Shown: positions 8,038-17,278 of the stretch, one piece after another
How positions within the stretch are numbered: position 1 is the first letter of the stretch
How the letters are laid out: the number at the start of each line of letters is the position of its first letter
Origin: a virus
Taxonomy: Duplodnaviria; Heunggongvirae; Uroviricota; Caudoviricetes
Length of the DNA stretch: 64,000 nt
Reading direction: 5' to 3' (one strand)
Virus record (IMG/VR): IMGVR_UViG_3300031911_000001
Coordinates: 101,881-165,880 of that record
Program-made: the position numbers and the translations under genes
Notes under the pieces: generated by a model
Database searches by the model: none
The model's input: only the letters and a program-made list of their open reading frames with translations
Told to the model about the DNA's origin: nothing

Positions 8038-9302
8038 TAAACAAAGTCCATCAAATTGGTTGGTCGGAGGGCAATCTTCTTGCTACGGAAGACTGACCCA
8101 AACTCTTGGTCCCACTGATTGTACGACACTGCATCAGTACATTCAAGGAATGATTTGAGACGGTCCCATTCCGATGAGTCGACGTAGGTCTTGAAATACT
8201 CATCGAGGTTGCTGTCGCACCGGTGGAGCTCTTCTTGGAAGTTACGCACCGAGGTCATCACGATGGCACAGAAGCTGTCGATGATCCGGTAGTCGGAGCC
8301 GACCTTCAGCTTCATCTTTCCTGCGCTCGTCGTCATGTTCTCATGGAAGTCCTTGAGGCTGTACTGGAATGACGGGTAGTGACGTTGAATGTCGTTCAGG
8401 ATGATCTCGTAGTCCTGATTCAGTTCACGGGTGAAGGTCTTGTTGACGGCACCCTTCATGACGTGGCGGCCCATGTGCGGGGCACTGCTATGGCTCGTTG
8501 AGTCGTAGCTGATAGCCACGTCCTTGAGCCAGCCGTTCTTGCGAAGGCACATCGTAGCGAACATCAATCGAACGGAGCCGATCCCCAAAAAGTGGATGTA
8601 CTGTTCAAGGTGACGATGACGAGAGAGGATGTTCGCAGCAACCGCAGTGCGGAGCACCATCTCCTTCTCAGCCATACCGAATGAGCCACCGCCCATGGCA
8701 ATCCCGCCAAGGTACTTGTGATCCTCAAAGGGGATGATATCCAACATGATATCGGCCCACTCGTTGGCGTTCTGGAAGTTATTCCCATGGATGATCATCA
8801 TGGGCTTGGCCTTCGTCTTCTGCTCCTTGAAGACCCTGATCTGGTCGATCAGATTCTGGGCAGACTCGATGGCCTTGTTCTTGTATCCGTCGATATCAAA
8901 GAACCGGGTGTTCATGTCATTGCGGGCCGACTTACCCCCGACCGTGATCAGGGGAATCTCGTCAAAGCTCATCGCAATGTCGGAATACTTGGCTTGGTTC
9001 AGGTAGATTTTGCGCTTGATCTCGTCATCGACCTGAGCACCCTGCGTGATGATCTGTAGGCCGCCAGAGTCCGCATGGGTCTTGTAGTAACACCCTTTGA
9101 AGTTCTCGAACGCGATGGGGAACTTCTTCTCGCAGTATGCGTTGTACAGGAGTGAAAACCGATGGTCGTCAACCCCGTCAGCCTGCTTAAAGTAGTGATG
9201 GAGACGCTTGGCTTCCTCCGGGAAATCACGGATCGAGGGGTAGGTGATACGGGAGTACGAGACCCCCGACATCACGTATTCAAAGGAGTGTTTTGTTGTC
9301 AT
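8037..9302 (-). CDS. dpdA: DpdA-like (TGT-fold) 7-deazaguanine DNA transglycosylase
   Basis: TGT motifs [33 protein letters not shown]; no tRNA-TGT CxCxxC zinc site; adjacent to folE and queD. Confidence 0.8.
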   Translation of the reverse strand: MTTKHSFEYVMSGVSYSRITYPSIRDFPEEAKRLHHYFKQADGVDDHRFSLLYNAYCEKKFPIAFENFKGCYYKTHADSGGLQIITQGAQVDDEIKRKIYLNQAKYSDIAMSFDEIPLITVGGKSARNDMNTRFFDIDGYKNKAIESAQNLIDQIRVFKEQKTKAKPMMIIHGNNFQNANEWADIMLDIIPFEDHKYLGGIAMGGGSFGMAEKEMVLRTAVAANILSRHRHLEQYIHFLGIGSVRLMFATMCLRKNGWLKDVAISYDSTSHSSAPHMGRHVMKGAVNKTFTRELNQDYEIILNDIQRHYPSFQYSLKDFHENMTTSAGKMKLKVGSDYRIIDSFCAIVMTSVRNFQEELHRCDSNLDEYFKTYVDSSEWDRLKSFLECTDAVSYNQWDQEFGSVFRSKKIALRPTNLMDFV

Positions 9303-9967
9303 CGAGCAATAGACATGAATTCAGCACGGGTCGTGGCATTGTCCAGGAAGGCGCCACCGAGCTTTGAAGTGATAGTATGTGACCCGTGATCTTCAACTCC
9401 GCGTGATTTCACACAGTAGTGTTCGGCATCAATGTAGACGGCAACGTTCTTTGTACCCAGAATGTAGCAAAGAGCATGCCAGATTTGATCCGTCAGTCGC
9501 TCCTGAATCTGAGGACGGCGAGCAAAGTACTCAACGATTCGATTGAGTTTGCTCAGGCCGAGTACCTTCCCCTCTGGGATGTAGGCAACCGTGGCCTTGC
9601 CGTCGATAGTGACGAAGTGGTGCTCACAGGCAGACATGACGGTGATGTCCTTTTCGACGACCATCGAGTCATAGCCCATCTTGTTTTGCACCGTCGTCGC
9701 CTTCGGAAAGTTCTCGGGATTCAGTCCCCAGAAGAGTTCCTTGACGTACATCTTGGCAACCCGACGTGGAGTGTCGCACAGGCTGTCATCGGTCAGATCG
9801 AGACCCAGAGTCTCCATGATCTCACCGAACAGGCCGGTGATCTTGCGTACCTTCTCGTCATCGCTCAGAGGGGTATTGACAGTCGGGGTATTGACCTTCA
9901 CTGCCTCCAAGTACGATTGAATTTCGAGGCCGAGTTTCGGGTCAGTTTTTGTAGATTGAAAAGACAT
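9299..9967 (-). CDS. folE: GTP cyclohydrolase I
   Basis: [50 protein letters not shown]; ATG 9967 has an AAGGA RBS. Confidence 0.97.
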   Translation of the reverse strand: MSFQSTKTDPKLGLEIQSYLEAVKVNTPTVNTPLSDDEKVRKITGLFGEIMETLGLDLTDDSLCDTPRRVAKMYVKELFWGLNPENFPKATTVQNKMGYDSMVVEKDITVMSACEHHFVTIDGKATVAYIPEGKVLGLSKLNRIVEYFARRPQIQERLTDQIWHALCYILGTKNVAVYIDAEHYCVKSRGVEDHGSHTITSKLGGAFLDNATTRAEFMSIAR

Positions 9968-10011
9968 CCAGTTTCCTTGTTTTATATGTCGTGGGATACT
10001 TACCAATCAAA

Positions 10012-10677
10012 TTATTCGGTAAACCCATGATGCATCTGCTGCTTGACTCCTTCAAGCAACTCTGCTGGTGTCTGTGCTTGCCACCGTGGCTCCTTAATCA
10101 GAAGGCTGCTAGCCATGCCGATCAATTCTTCTTCTCGTCCAGCCGTCAGCTGGCGATATGCTTCAACGGTCGGGGCACCGAAGTTTGCCAGAGCAAAGTT
10201 GATGGCTTCCCACTGGTCGGCATGGAATGAACAGGCGTTCTTGTCGTGCTCACGGCATTCGACTTCGGTCAGTACGCAACGGCCATTCGTCACGGCAAAG
10301 ATGTAGTTGTTGACGGCCATGAAGATGAACAGTGCCGACTGCTCCATCGAGACACCAGACGGCATCACACGCAGGTTGAACACCTTATGCACATCGTTGA
10401 ACTTGACCGTCGCTTCGAGGCGTGGATCGTCTGCAGAGATCAAGGACGTGTGATCGAAGTAGTACTCGAGGAACTTGCGGACTTCCTTGAAGTGGCCGAA
10501 TGGGAAGACCCATCCGTGTTCATCGATCTCACCCTCAATCTTGAGAGTTACGCTTCGGTCGTAGCCGTGAAACTTGGCGCACGATCCACTGAACTGCTCG
10601 TTTGATTCGTCCTTGTCGAACCACTGTTGGTGGGCACAGGGTAGATTCGGAAAGGTTTTGGCGGTCGAGAATTTCAT
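10012..10677 (-). CDS. queD: 6-carboxytetrahydropterin synthase (QueD/PTPS-like)
   Basis: CAH...CAKFHGY, GWVFPFG, FDHT, E-H-x-x-N near the C-terminal part of the fold. Confidence 0.85.
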   Translation of the reverse strand: MKFSTAKTFPNLPCAHQQWFDKDESNEQFSGSCAKFHGYDRSVTLKIEGEIDEHGWVFPFGHFKEVRKFLEYYFDHTSLISADDPRLEATVKFNDVHKVFNLRVMPSGVSMEQSALFIFMAVNNYIFAVTNGRCVLTEVECREHDKNACSFHADQWEAINFALANFGAPTVEAYRQLTAGREEELIGMASSLLIKEPRWQAQTPAELLEGVKQQMHHGFTE

Positions 10678-11137
10678 GGGCTTCGATGGTTTGGTCGTTG
10701 AAAGTGATCTGCCACGGGATGTTGTGCTGGCGGATTGCGTGGGCTACCTCGTACGAGTAGTCCTGATAGATGGTGATATCACCATGTTCAGAGAGGTAGT
10801 ATAGCTGGTTGATGATCAACGGATTGATCTCAACGCCGTAGATCTGCCAGTGAATCTTGAAGGGAGCGTCGAAGATTGCCTTGAGCAACTCTCGCTCTAC
10901 CTTGATGTCAATCTTCTGCCCTTCACCGACCTCGATGAAGAGGGTGCCGATGCTGAGGAAGTCGGGTAGACGCCTGACCAGATGGGTCAGGGCACTGTGC
11001 GGGGTGATCGATGGAATCTTGACCAGAACATCGCAGGGCATTGCCCACTGATGATCAGAGTATCGTGTGAGCTCCTTCTCAAGGAAGTGCGCACAGTCAA
11101 GATCGATGGTGATTAGGTCGGGTTTAGGTTGTTCCAT
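10535..11137 (-). CDS. Hypothetical protein overlapping queD
   Basis: 200-aa ORF from ATG 11137, 7 nt after a -10 element; overlaps queD by 143 nt. Confidence 0.55.
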   Translation of the reverse strand: MEQPKPDLITIDLDCAHFLEKELTRYSDHQWAMPCDVLVKIPSITPHSALTHLVRRLPDFLSIGTLFIEVGEGQKIDIKVERELLKAIFDAPFKIHWQIYGVEINPLIINQLYYLSEHGDITIYQDYSYEVAHAIRQHNIPWQITFNDQTIEAHEILDRQNLSESTLCPPTVVRQGRIKRAVQWIVRQVSRLRPKRNSQD

Positions 11138-11144
11138 GCCGGTA

Positions 11145-11166
11145 ATTCTACCGGCCCGACCTTCAA
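11145..11166 (-). promoter_or_regulatory. Short-spacer promoter (TTGAAG-10-TAGAAT)
   Basis: Recurring motif; -10 lies within the GCCGGTA/TACCGGC inverted repeat. Confidence 0.55.
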
Positions 11167-14121
11167 TCAACTGAAGATATCATCGCTCCACTTCGGGTGA
11201 ACCTTCTCGGGTTCGACCTTACCATCGGACACGAACTTGTTGAGTACCAGAGCCTTCTCGGTCTTGTCCTTCAGTTCGTTCTTGGCGTGTTGCTTGGAGA
11301 ATGTCTTTCTCTCCTGCTCCTTCGGTTGATTGCGCTGCGTCATTTCGTTCACCTCATAGGTAATTGCTCCATCACCCGTGATTGTACAGTAAATCAGGAG
11401 AGTCGGGGAACTTTTATATCCTACGAGCTTGATAGGGATATCCGGATCAATTTTCATCCGAGTACCACGGTTGACGACAATTTCACACTCATCTTGGTGG
11501 CCGCCCCAATCACCGGGGATTACGCTCAACGTCTTGTCGAGGCCGGTGATCACCAGCATACACGAGAGCTTACGACCATCATCGGTAACTGCCCCTACAT
11601 CACTCAACTTGATCAGATCGTCGACGCTCTTGATGGTCTGGATGACGCTGGCCGAGGAAGTGACGTGTGCGGCATTGATGGATTCATTCTTGAGGAATCC
11701 ATTTGCCACCATCATGCTCATCGACGTAGAGACATAGCCGTGCATCACGTACTCTTTGCCCTCCATCAACCCTCTGAGCTCGGAGTCTAGGATGGACTGG
11801 CCGCGGAACACGACGAGTGACTTAGGCATAGGCCGGCCATACTGCTTGAAATAGTCGTCGGCCCCCTTGATGAACTGAGGCGTCTTTGTCCAATCGACCT
11901 TATTTCCACGGAGGTAACCGTTCATGGCACTGTAAGCCGAGCCGGTGTATCCAGCGATTTCGGAATTCTCAGGGAAGTAGGCGTTTTGGGCCTCTGAAAG
12001 CTGAGCCTTGATGCTGTACTTGTCATACAGCAGGGCCGCCTCGACCTTGTTCTTTGCAGCACTGAATTCGGCACTACCCGCACCCAGTACCGTCTCGATG
12101 TTACTGAGCTGCTTAAACAGCTTCTCAGGGGTGTCGGTGGAGAACTTAATTGCGAATCCACCAACCTCAATATCGAGTTCATCGAGTGTCGAGAAGATGC
12201 TTTTGTACGTCTTCCATTCAATCGGGGTGCGCTCACCCTTATCTGCAGGAGGGTTCTCACTGAGCCACTTGACCGTCTCTGCAGACAGGGGCATACCCGT
12301 CTTGCCACGCAGACCATTTGCCATGCCCTTGGGAGCCTTCTTGGCAACCACCGGGGTCGTCTCGGTCGGAGTCGTCTTGGTCGCTGTCTTGGTGCCAGCG
12401 TTCACGATGTACTCGGTGTCATTGGCAGCATAGAACTTATAGATGCCATCCAGACCGGTGTTCAGGCCAGAGAGTTCCAAGACAATTGACTCCTCAATTG
12501 CATTCTTGAATTCTTGGACAATGAGGTCTTTCTTCGGAAGACCTTTAGGGACAGACCATCCTTGGATGTCATGGATAGCACCGCCGAGACTCTTCTGTAC
12601 CTTCGCCTTCACAGCGACACGCAAACCCTTGTACCACTCCTGAGACTGCATCCATTTCTCAGCTGAGCTGAAATCCGACTGAGACATGAAGAAATGAGCA
12701 TCGGCAAGGAACTTCAATGGGTCTGCATCTGCAAGATGGAACCCGTTGGCGTCATAGACCTTACCGGTCAGCCCAATGAACATGAAGTTTTGTGCCGTCT
12801 TGAAGCCGGGAACGAAGAAGTATTGGAACTCTGCCTTGACTGGAGCCTTGACCTCTGGCGGCTTGGCTACCGGAGGTGTGACCGGGGCAGGGATATTGCT
12901 ACCCATGGCAAGAGCCAACTTGGAGATGAAAAGAGCAGTCTTCGGGAACTTCTTCTGATTCGTCGGCTTGTTGACGTCATCCAAAGCCTTGATCATCGCT
13001 TTGTAATTACCGGCCAGAGCAGCGGTCTTTGCCTTTGCTGCGTGCGGATTTTTAGGAACAAACCCCGGATCCTTGGGCCAGATACTGGCGGCAATCTTAT
13101 CGACTTCTTCCTTCGTCAATGCCTTGGCTACAGGCTTCGGAGCAGCCTTGGCCTTTGGTGGTTCTTCGTCAGGGAGAATCTTGAACACACCCTTCAGCTT
13201 TGACCCGGCTTCTTTATTCTTAAGATACTGGATCCAATTTGAAATAAGGGCACCCTGACCATCACCGATGACCATGTTCATTTCATAGTTCAGGATGTGA
13301 TAGAAGTCGGCCGTGGCTCCATAGAAGCTATGGCCCCACTTGTTATAGAGATTATCAAACTCTTCGGTATCACCGGCTCCGGCTGCATCCACCATGTCAT
13401 CGGTATTACCTGTGATTGGTGCACCAGTGAAGCCATAAAGAGCATCTATTATTTCATACGACACCTGCTTACCGAGAGGTTGATTCGCTTGGTAAGCAAC
13501 CTTCTTGGTCGGCTCAGGAGCATTGACAGACGTACCGGCAGACATCTTGATGTCGATCTTCTCGCCGGTGAGAACCTGACCGAGATAGCTGTTGAAGACG
13601 TTGGCCGTGCTGGCGGCTTTGCGTTTGATCACGATGACGTCGAAATCGCCATCCTTGGGGAACTTGCCGTTCAATTGCTCTGCCGTCGGGATCACCACAT
13701 TCTGCACGACCTCGAAGTCCGGACGCAGCAGCTTCGTGACGATGGCCTTGAGCGAGCTCATCTTGATGCTGAACTTGTCCTGTTGAATCACGACGATCCA
13801 GCCGTTTTTCTTCTTCGTCATGACGTTGGAGCCAAAGGCGTGCTCATATAGGATTTCACGCAGGGCGCCGAAGAATTCCAGAGGCTTGTCGATACGCTGG
13901 ATCAGGGGCTTGAACTTCTTCTGGTCCGGGGACACTTCACCGATACGCACCACCTGAACGTTCTTGCCGTAGGTGGCAAGGTTGTCGAACTTGGCCTGAT
14001 ACTCGTGGGAGTCGGTTCCGATCTTGTACGTCTGGTACGACCCCGTGACCGTCGGCTCGTCCATGGAGTAGTGCTTGTCGCCGGCGGGTTTGGTATTGAA
14101 AAGTTCGTCTATTCTTAGCAT
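11167..14121 (-). CDS. alt: Alt-like NAD:protein ADP-ribosyltransferase (R-S-E clade)
   Basis: YTGSAYSAMNGYLRG, VVFRG, YVSTS, DECEIVVNRGTRMK; N-terminus MLRIDELF resembles T4 Alt MELITELF; late promoter upstream. Confidence 0.85.
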   Translation of the reverse strand: MLRIDELFNTKPAGDKHYSMDEPTVTGSYQTYKIGTDSHEYQAKFDNLATYGKNVQVVRIGEVSPDQKKFKPLIQRIDKPLEFFGALREILYEHAFGSNVMTKKKNGWIVVIQQDKFSIKMSSLKAIVTKLLRPDFEVVQNVVIPTAEQLNGKFPKDGDFDVIVIKRKAASTANVFNSYLGQVLTGEKIDIKMSAGTSVNAPEPTKKVAYQANQPLGKQVSYEIIDALYGFTGAPITGNTDDMVDAAGAGDTEEFDNLYNKWGHSFYGATADFYHILNYEMNMVIGDGQGALISNWIQYLKNKEAGSKLKGVFKILPDEEPPKAKAAPKPVAKALTKEEVDKIAASIWPKDPGFVPKNPHAAKAKTAALAGNYKAMIKALDDVNKPTNQKKFPKTALFISKLALAMGSNIPAPVTPPVAKPPEVKAPVKAEFQYFFVPGFKTAQNFMFIGLTGKVYDANGFHLADADPLKFLADAHFFMSQSDFSSAEKWMQSQEWYKGLRVAVKAKVQKSLGGAIHDIQGWSVPKGLPKKDLIVQEFKNAIEESIVLELSGLNTGLDGIYKFYAANDTEYIVNAGTKTATKTTPTETTPVVAKKAPKGMANGLRGKTGMPLSAETVKWLSENPPADKGERTPIEWKTYKSIFSTLDELDIEVGGFAIKFSTDTPEKLFKQLSNIETVLGAGSAEFSAAKNKVEAALLYDKYSIKAQLSEAQNAYFPENSEIAGYTGSAYSAMNGYLRGNKVDWTKTPQFIKGADDYFKQYGRPMPKSLVVFRGQSILDSELRGLMEGKEYVMHGYVSTSMSMMVANGFLKNESINAAHVTSSASVIQTIKSVDDLIKLSDVGAVTDDGRKLSCMLVITGLDKTLSVIPGDWGGHQDECEIVVNRGTRMKIDPDIPIKLVGYKSSPTLLIYCTITGDGAITYEVNEMTQRNQPKEQERKTFSKQHAKNELKDKTEKALVLNKFVSDGKVEPEKVHPKWSDDIFS

Positions 14122-14139
14122 TATTCACCTCATTCTCGT

Positions 14140-14145
14140 TATTTA
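14140..14145 (-). promoter_or_regulatory. Late promoter TAAATA for alt
   Basis: GGTAAATA 18 nt upstream of the alt ATG; GAGG RBS. Confidence 0.7.
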
Positions 14146-14147
14146 CC

Positions 14148-14176
14148 TTGACACATCCATCAACCGCATGTACATT
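14148..14176 (+). promoter_or_regulatory. sigma70 early promoter for ADP-ribosylhydrolase
   Basis: TTGACA-17-TACATT. Confidence 0.75.
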
Positions 14177-14205
14177 AACCCCATTGAAACCTGCTGGAGA
14201 GCACC

Positions 14206-15105
14206 ATGAAGTACAATGTAATTTTTGAATCGATGAAGGCACAGGCCCTTGCAGACGCAGTCGGTCGTCCCTTGGAGTTCAATCCGAACCCCACACCGGC
14301 CCAGGTCCGTCAGTCCCTGTCCAGCCCTTTCCTACGGATCAGCGATGACACCCAGATGGCGATGTTCACCATGGAGGCCATGCGCGAGATTATGGTTGAC
14401 TGGCTGCACCACGTCAATCGCAAGGCCGAACACATCTACGCCAAGCACATGGTCGAATGGCTCAACACACAGCACAAGGACGACTTCCCGCAGAACAACA
14501 CATGGCTCGGCACCCACCGGCGCATGCAATACTCGGCGGCCCCGGGTCATACCTGCATCAATGCCATCGACGACCTCAAGTACGGTGCCGTCCCCAAGAA
14601 CACTTCGCTGGGCAGTGGAATCGTGATGAAGGCCCTGCCGTTTGCGCTGTCGCTGATTGCCATCGAAAGTGGTGAACTGGAAGACATTGCGAAGCGCCTC
14701 TCGGTACTGACCCACAAGTCTAGCCTGACCAACGGCGTCGTCACTGACTACCTGTACGCTGCGTCTCGGTTCATGGCCGACGGTACTTCCGAATACGCAA
14801 GGAATGTTGCGAGCAAGGGCACCACCATCGAAAACCACGGCAAGGGCTGGAACGCTCGCGAATGCCTGCAGATGGCCCTGTGGGCTGTCGGTAACGCCGA
14901 GTCCTATGAAGAGCTACTCGAACTGAGCATCTGCCACGGTGGTGACTCCGACACAGTCGCGGCCGTTGCCGGTGGCCTGTGGGGTCTGGCCGGTCTACCG
15001 ATTGGCGACGAAGCCGAAACGGCCTTCAAGCAGGTCTTCGAAGGAGAACTGGTCCGTGAGACCTGCGAGCGTTTCGACCATATCGTTACCCTTGCAAATG
15101 CATAG
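14206..15105 (+). CDS. ADP-ribosylglycohydrolase (DraG/ARH family)
   Basis: LADAVGRPLEF, SDDTQM, GSGIVMKALP, LTH, GGDSDTVAAVAGGLWG; GGAG RBS. Confidence 0.9.
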   Translation: MKYNVIFESMKAQALADAVGRPLEFNPNPTPAQVRQSLSSPFLRISDDTQMAMFTMEAMREIMVDWLHHVNRKAEHIYAKHMVEWLNTQHKDDFPQNNTWLGTHRRMQYSAAPGHTCINAIDDLKYGAVPKNTSLGSGIVMKALPFALSLIAIESGELEDIAKRLSVLTHKSSLTNGVVTDYLYAASRFMADGTSEYARNVASKGTTIENHGKGWNARECLQMALWAVGNAESYEELLELSICHGGDSDTVAAVAGGLWGLAGLPIGDEAETAFKQVFEGELVRETCERFDHIVTLANA

Positions 15106-15673
15106 CATTCAAAATACGTCGGTGATCCATAGCTGAGTCGTGCAGGGGGTGATGATGAATCGCCCCCTCAAACGTTGAGGCCGGGGCATTGCCGTACCGA
15201 TCAAGGCCACCCCATCGCAGGGCGGTCGCAACCTCGTAACGGTTCTGGTAGTTCCAGAAGACTTCCTCCCCGAGCGATTCCTCGAAGATATGTTGGAGCT
15301 TGGTCGCATCAAAACAGTTGCGATCGTAGATATCGAATTCCTTGAAGGGTACGCCCATCTTGGTGAGGTACTCCTTCATCAGGCTGGGCAGGTCACGAAT
15401 CGAGGCACGAGGACGGTTTGTGCCCCATGCAGCCTCACGGGCCTCGGGGGTGACCTTGTCGCTTTTCCACCACTCCAGGACCGACTTCTGGGTCTTGCGC
15501 CCCATCTTCAGTTGCTCGACAAAATCGAACTCAATGTAGAGCCCGGTGTCTACGAGCTCCTTGAAAGTGATGTCTTTGGCGTCGTATCGGCTCACGGTCA
15601 TTCCGAAGCTGAGACAGACGGCATCGTCGTACAGTCCACCAGTCTCGAAGTCGATTGCAGTAAGGAAGTTCAT
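15086..15673 (-). CDS. dexA: DexA-like 3'-5' exonuclease (DEDDh)
   Basis: AIDFETGG, FDATKL, HHPLHDSAMD. Confidence 0.8.
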   Translation of the reverse strand: MNFLTAIDFETGGLYDDAVCLSFGMTVSRYDAKDITFKELVDTGLYIEFDFVEQLKMGRKTQKSVLEWWKSDKVTPEAREAAWGTNRPRASIRDLPSLMKEYLTKMGVPFKEFDIYDRNCFDATKLQHIFEESLGEEVFWNYQNRYEVATALRWGGLDRYGNAPASTFEGAIHHHPLHDSAMDHRRILNAMHLQG

Positions 15674-15746
15674 GCTGGAAAGGGGCCTCTGAGGCGTTTT
15701 CTGTGTTCAGGAAGGTGTTGGTACGTTGGGAACGATTGTGGGGCTT

Positions 15747-16214
15747 CTAGGGCTTCACACTCGCGTCACTGTGGTTACGATACTTGACCCGTGGAAAGGT
15801 CTGCGCAAGGAGTACCAAGTCCTTGGCGAAGGCATCGACCTTGATAATCTTGATCTTGCTGTAGCGGTCAATGTTGTAGATGGCAACAAACCGATGGGAG
15901 CCGTCGATGACGAACCCGTCCTTTGAGACGATGACCGGAGCCCACTTGGCAACCTGACCTGCCCGGTACATGGTCATCAGCTTGAAGACCTTGGCTTTGT
16001 TGATCTCGTTCTGGGTCAGCATCAGGCGATCAACCTGAGTCTGCGTGTGCTTGCTCTCGATTCCTTTGGTAGCCAGCCAGTTAACGAACTCGGCCTGATG
16101 GGGTCCGTCGATCTGTGGCATCTGGCTTCTCATGATTCCGAGGTTGCCCGTAGGCAACTGCACGTTGTTGATCATCGAGAAGGCATCAAAAAATGTTTGG
16201 AATGAGGGGAGCAT
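15747..16214 (-). CDS. ParB/Srx-like domain protein
   Basis: LMLTQNEIN...PVIVSKDGFVIDGSHRF. Confidence 0.7.
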   Translation of the reverse strand: MLPSFQTFFDAFSMINNVQLPTGNLGIMRSQMPQIDGPHQAEFVNWLATKGIESKHTQTQVDRLMLTQNEINKAKVFKLMTMYRAGQVAKWAPVIVSKDGFVIDGSHRFVAIYNIDRYSKIKIIKVDAFAKDLVLLAQTFPRVKYRNHSDASVKP

Positions 16215-16731
16215 CTTCGTCTTCTTCTACAGGAAGGTGGGGGCGGTTGCAGAGAATCGCCTCTGCATTCATGTAGTTAGTCCAGCCCATGCCATCGTAT
16301 TGGTCCGTCTTCACGTAGTGCGTGTAGAGGTCCTCATCCTTGTCATAGCCGGGTGGATGTAGACGGTCGTCATCCAAGATGACATATGCTTCAAGCATCT
16401 CATCGTGTGCGGACTCATACCAGTCGATCCACTTCCGAATCTCCAGCTGACGGTTCGTGTAGACATCGGGAGTTTTCCAGTAGTGCTCATGACTGAACAG
16501 CAACTGGCCGAACTCAGGAACTACGGCACTCAGGACGTCACCGATCCAGTCCCTGCTACGTCCGTATCTCCACGTCGAACTGACGACGATCTTGGCCCCG
16601 GTAGTCAGGGCCAATTTCTTGACAAGGCCACCAGCGGCCGGATCGATCAACGATGACGACCGGTCTCCCATAGCAATGAGGTGTCTCGGGTTGCAAATCA
16701 CCCCGTCAAAGTCAAGAAAGATGATCTTCAT
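16186..16731 (-). CDS. HAD phosphatase (Swiss-army-knife RNA-repair type)
   Basis: IFLDFDGVI, IVVSSTWR, YVILDDD. Confidence 0.85.
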   Translation of the reverse strand: MKIIFLDFDGVICNPRHLIAMGDRSSSLIDPAAGGLVKKLALTTGAKIVVSSTWRYGRSRDWIGDVLSAVVPEFGQLLFSHEHYWKTPDVYTNRQLEIRKWIDWYESAHDEMLEAYVILDDDRLHPPGYDKDEDLYTHYVKTDQYDGMGWTNYMNAEAILCNRPHLPVEEDEDAPLIPNIF

Positions 16732-17223
16732 TTAGACCGCCGGGAAGACTGGCTTCTTGTAGTTGACGCTCTTCAGGAACTTGCCCTTGACGTACTCTTC
16801 GCCGTCCTTGCCGATCACAGTTTCCTTGACCTTGACGGCAACCATCGGGAACACCCCTTCACTGTAGGTCTCGACCCCGAGGGCTTGGTACTTGTTGAGG
16901 GTATGGGCCAGCTCCTCTGTGTTCTTGCACAGGCGACTGAACAGGGAGTCGGTGACGGCCTTCAGGTCTGCATCACCATCGACGCCGAGGTAGAACTGGC
17001 CGCCATGGGCGAAGACGATGATGTCGCACAGGGCATCACGGGCCTCTTCGACGTTGTTCTCGGCAATGGCCTTGTAGAGCTCCTTGACCTCACCCTGCAG
17101 ACCGTTCGATCCGTCACCGGCGATGTTACGGACCAGATTCACGAACCGTTCACTGATGACCGGGGTTCCCTTGGGGTTGCCGAAAGCTGTGTTGACCGTT
17201 GCTACGTCTTGAAAAGCACTCAT
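16732..17223 (-). CDS. MazG-like nucleoside triphosphate pyrophosphohydrolase
   Basis: All-alpha ExxE...ExxD pattern: GEVKEL...EEARDALCDIIVF; C-terminal GKFLKSVNYKKP. Confidence 0.75.
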   Translation of the reverse strand: MSAFQDVATVNTAFGNPKGTPVISERFVNLVRNIAGDGSNGLQGEVKELYKAIAENNVEEARDALCDIIVFAHGGQFYLGVDGDADLKAVTDSLFSRLCKNTEELAHTLNKYQALGVETYSEGVFPMVAVKVKETVIGKDGEEYVKGKFLKSVNYKKPVFPAV

Positions 17224-17246
17224 TAGAAATCCTCAGTAAAACCGTA

Positions 17247-17268
17247 ATTCTACTGAGGATCGGTTCAA
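17247..17268 (-). promoter_or_regulatory. Short-spacer promoter (TTGAAC-10-TAGAAT)
   Basis: Recurring motif; overlaps the 10-bp inverted repeat 17229-17260. Confidence 0.55.
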
Positions 17269-17278
17269 CGAGACGAGA

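Noticed and set aside
8037-9302. Canonical tRNA-guanine transglycosylase (tgt)
   Set aside because: Lacks the CxCxxC-H zinc site and is highly divergent; the phage folE/queD context favours DpdA.
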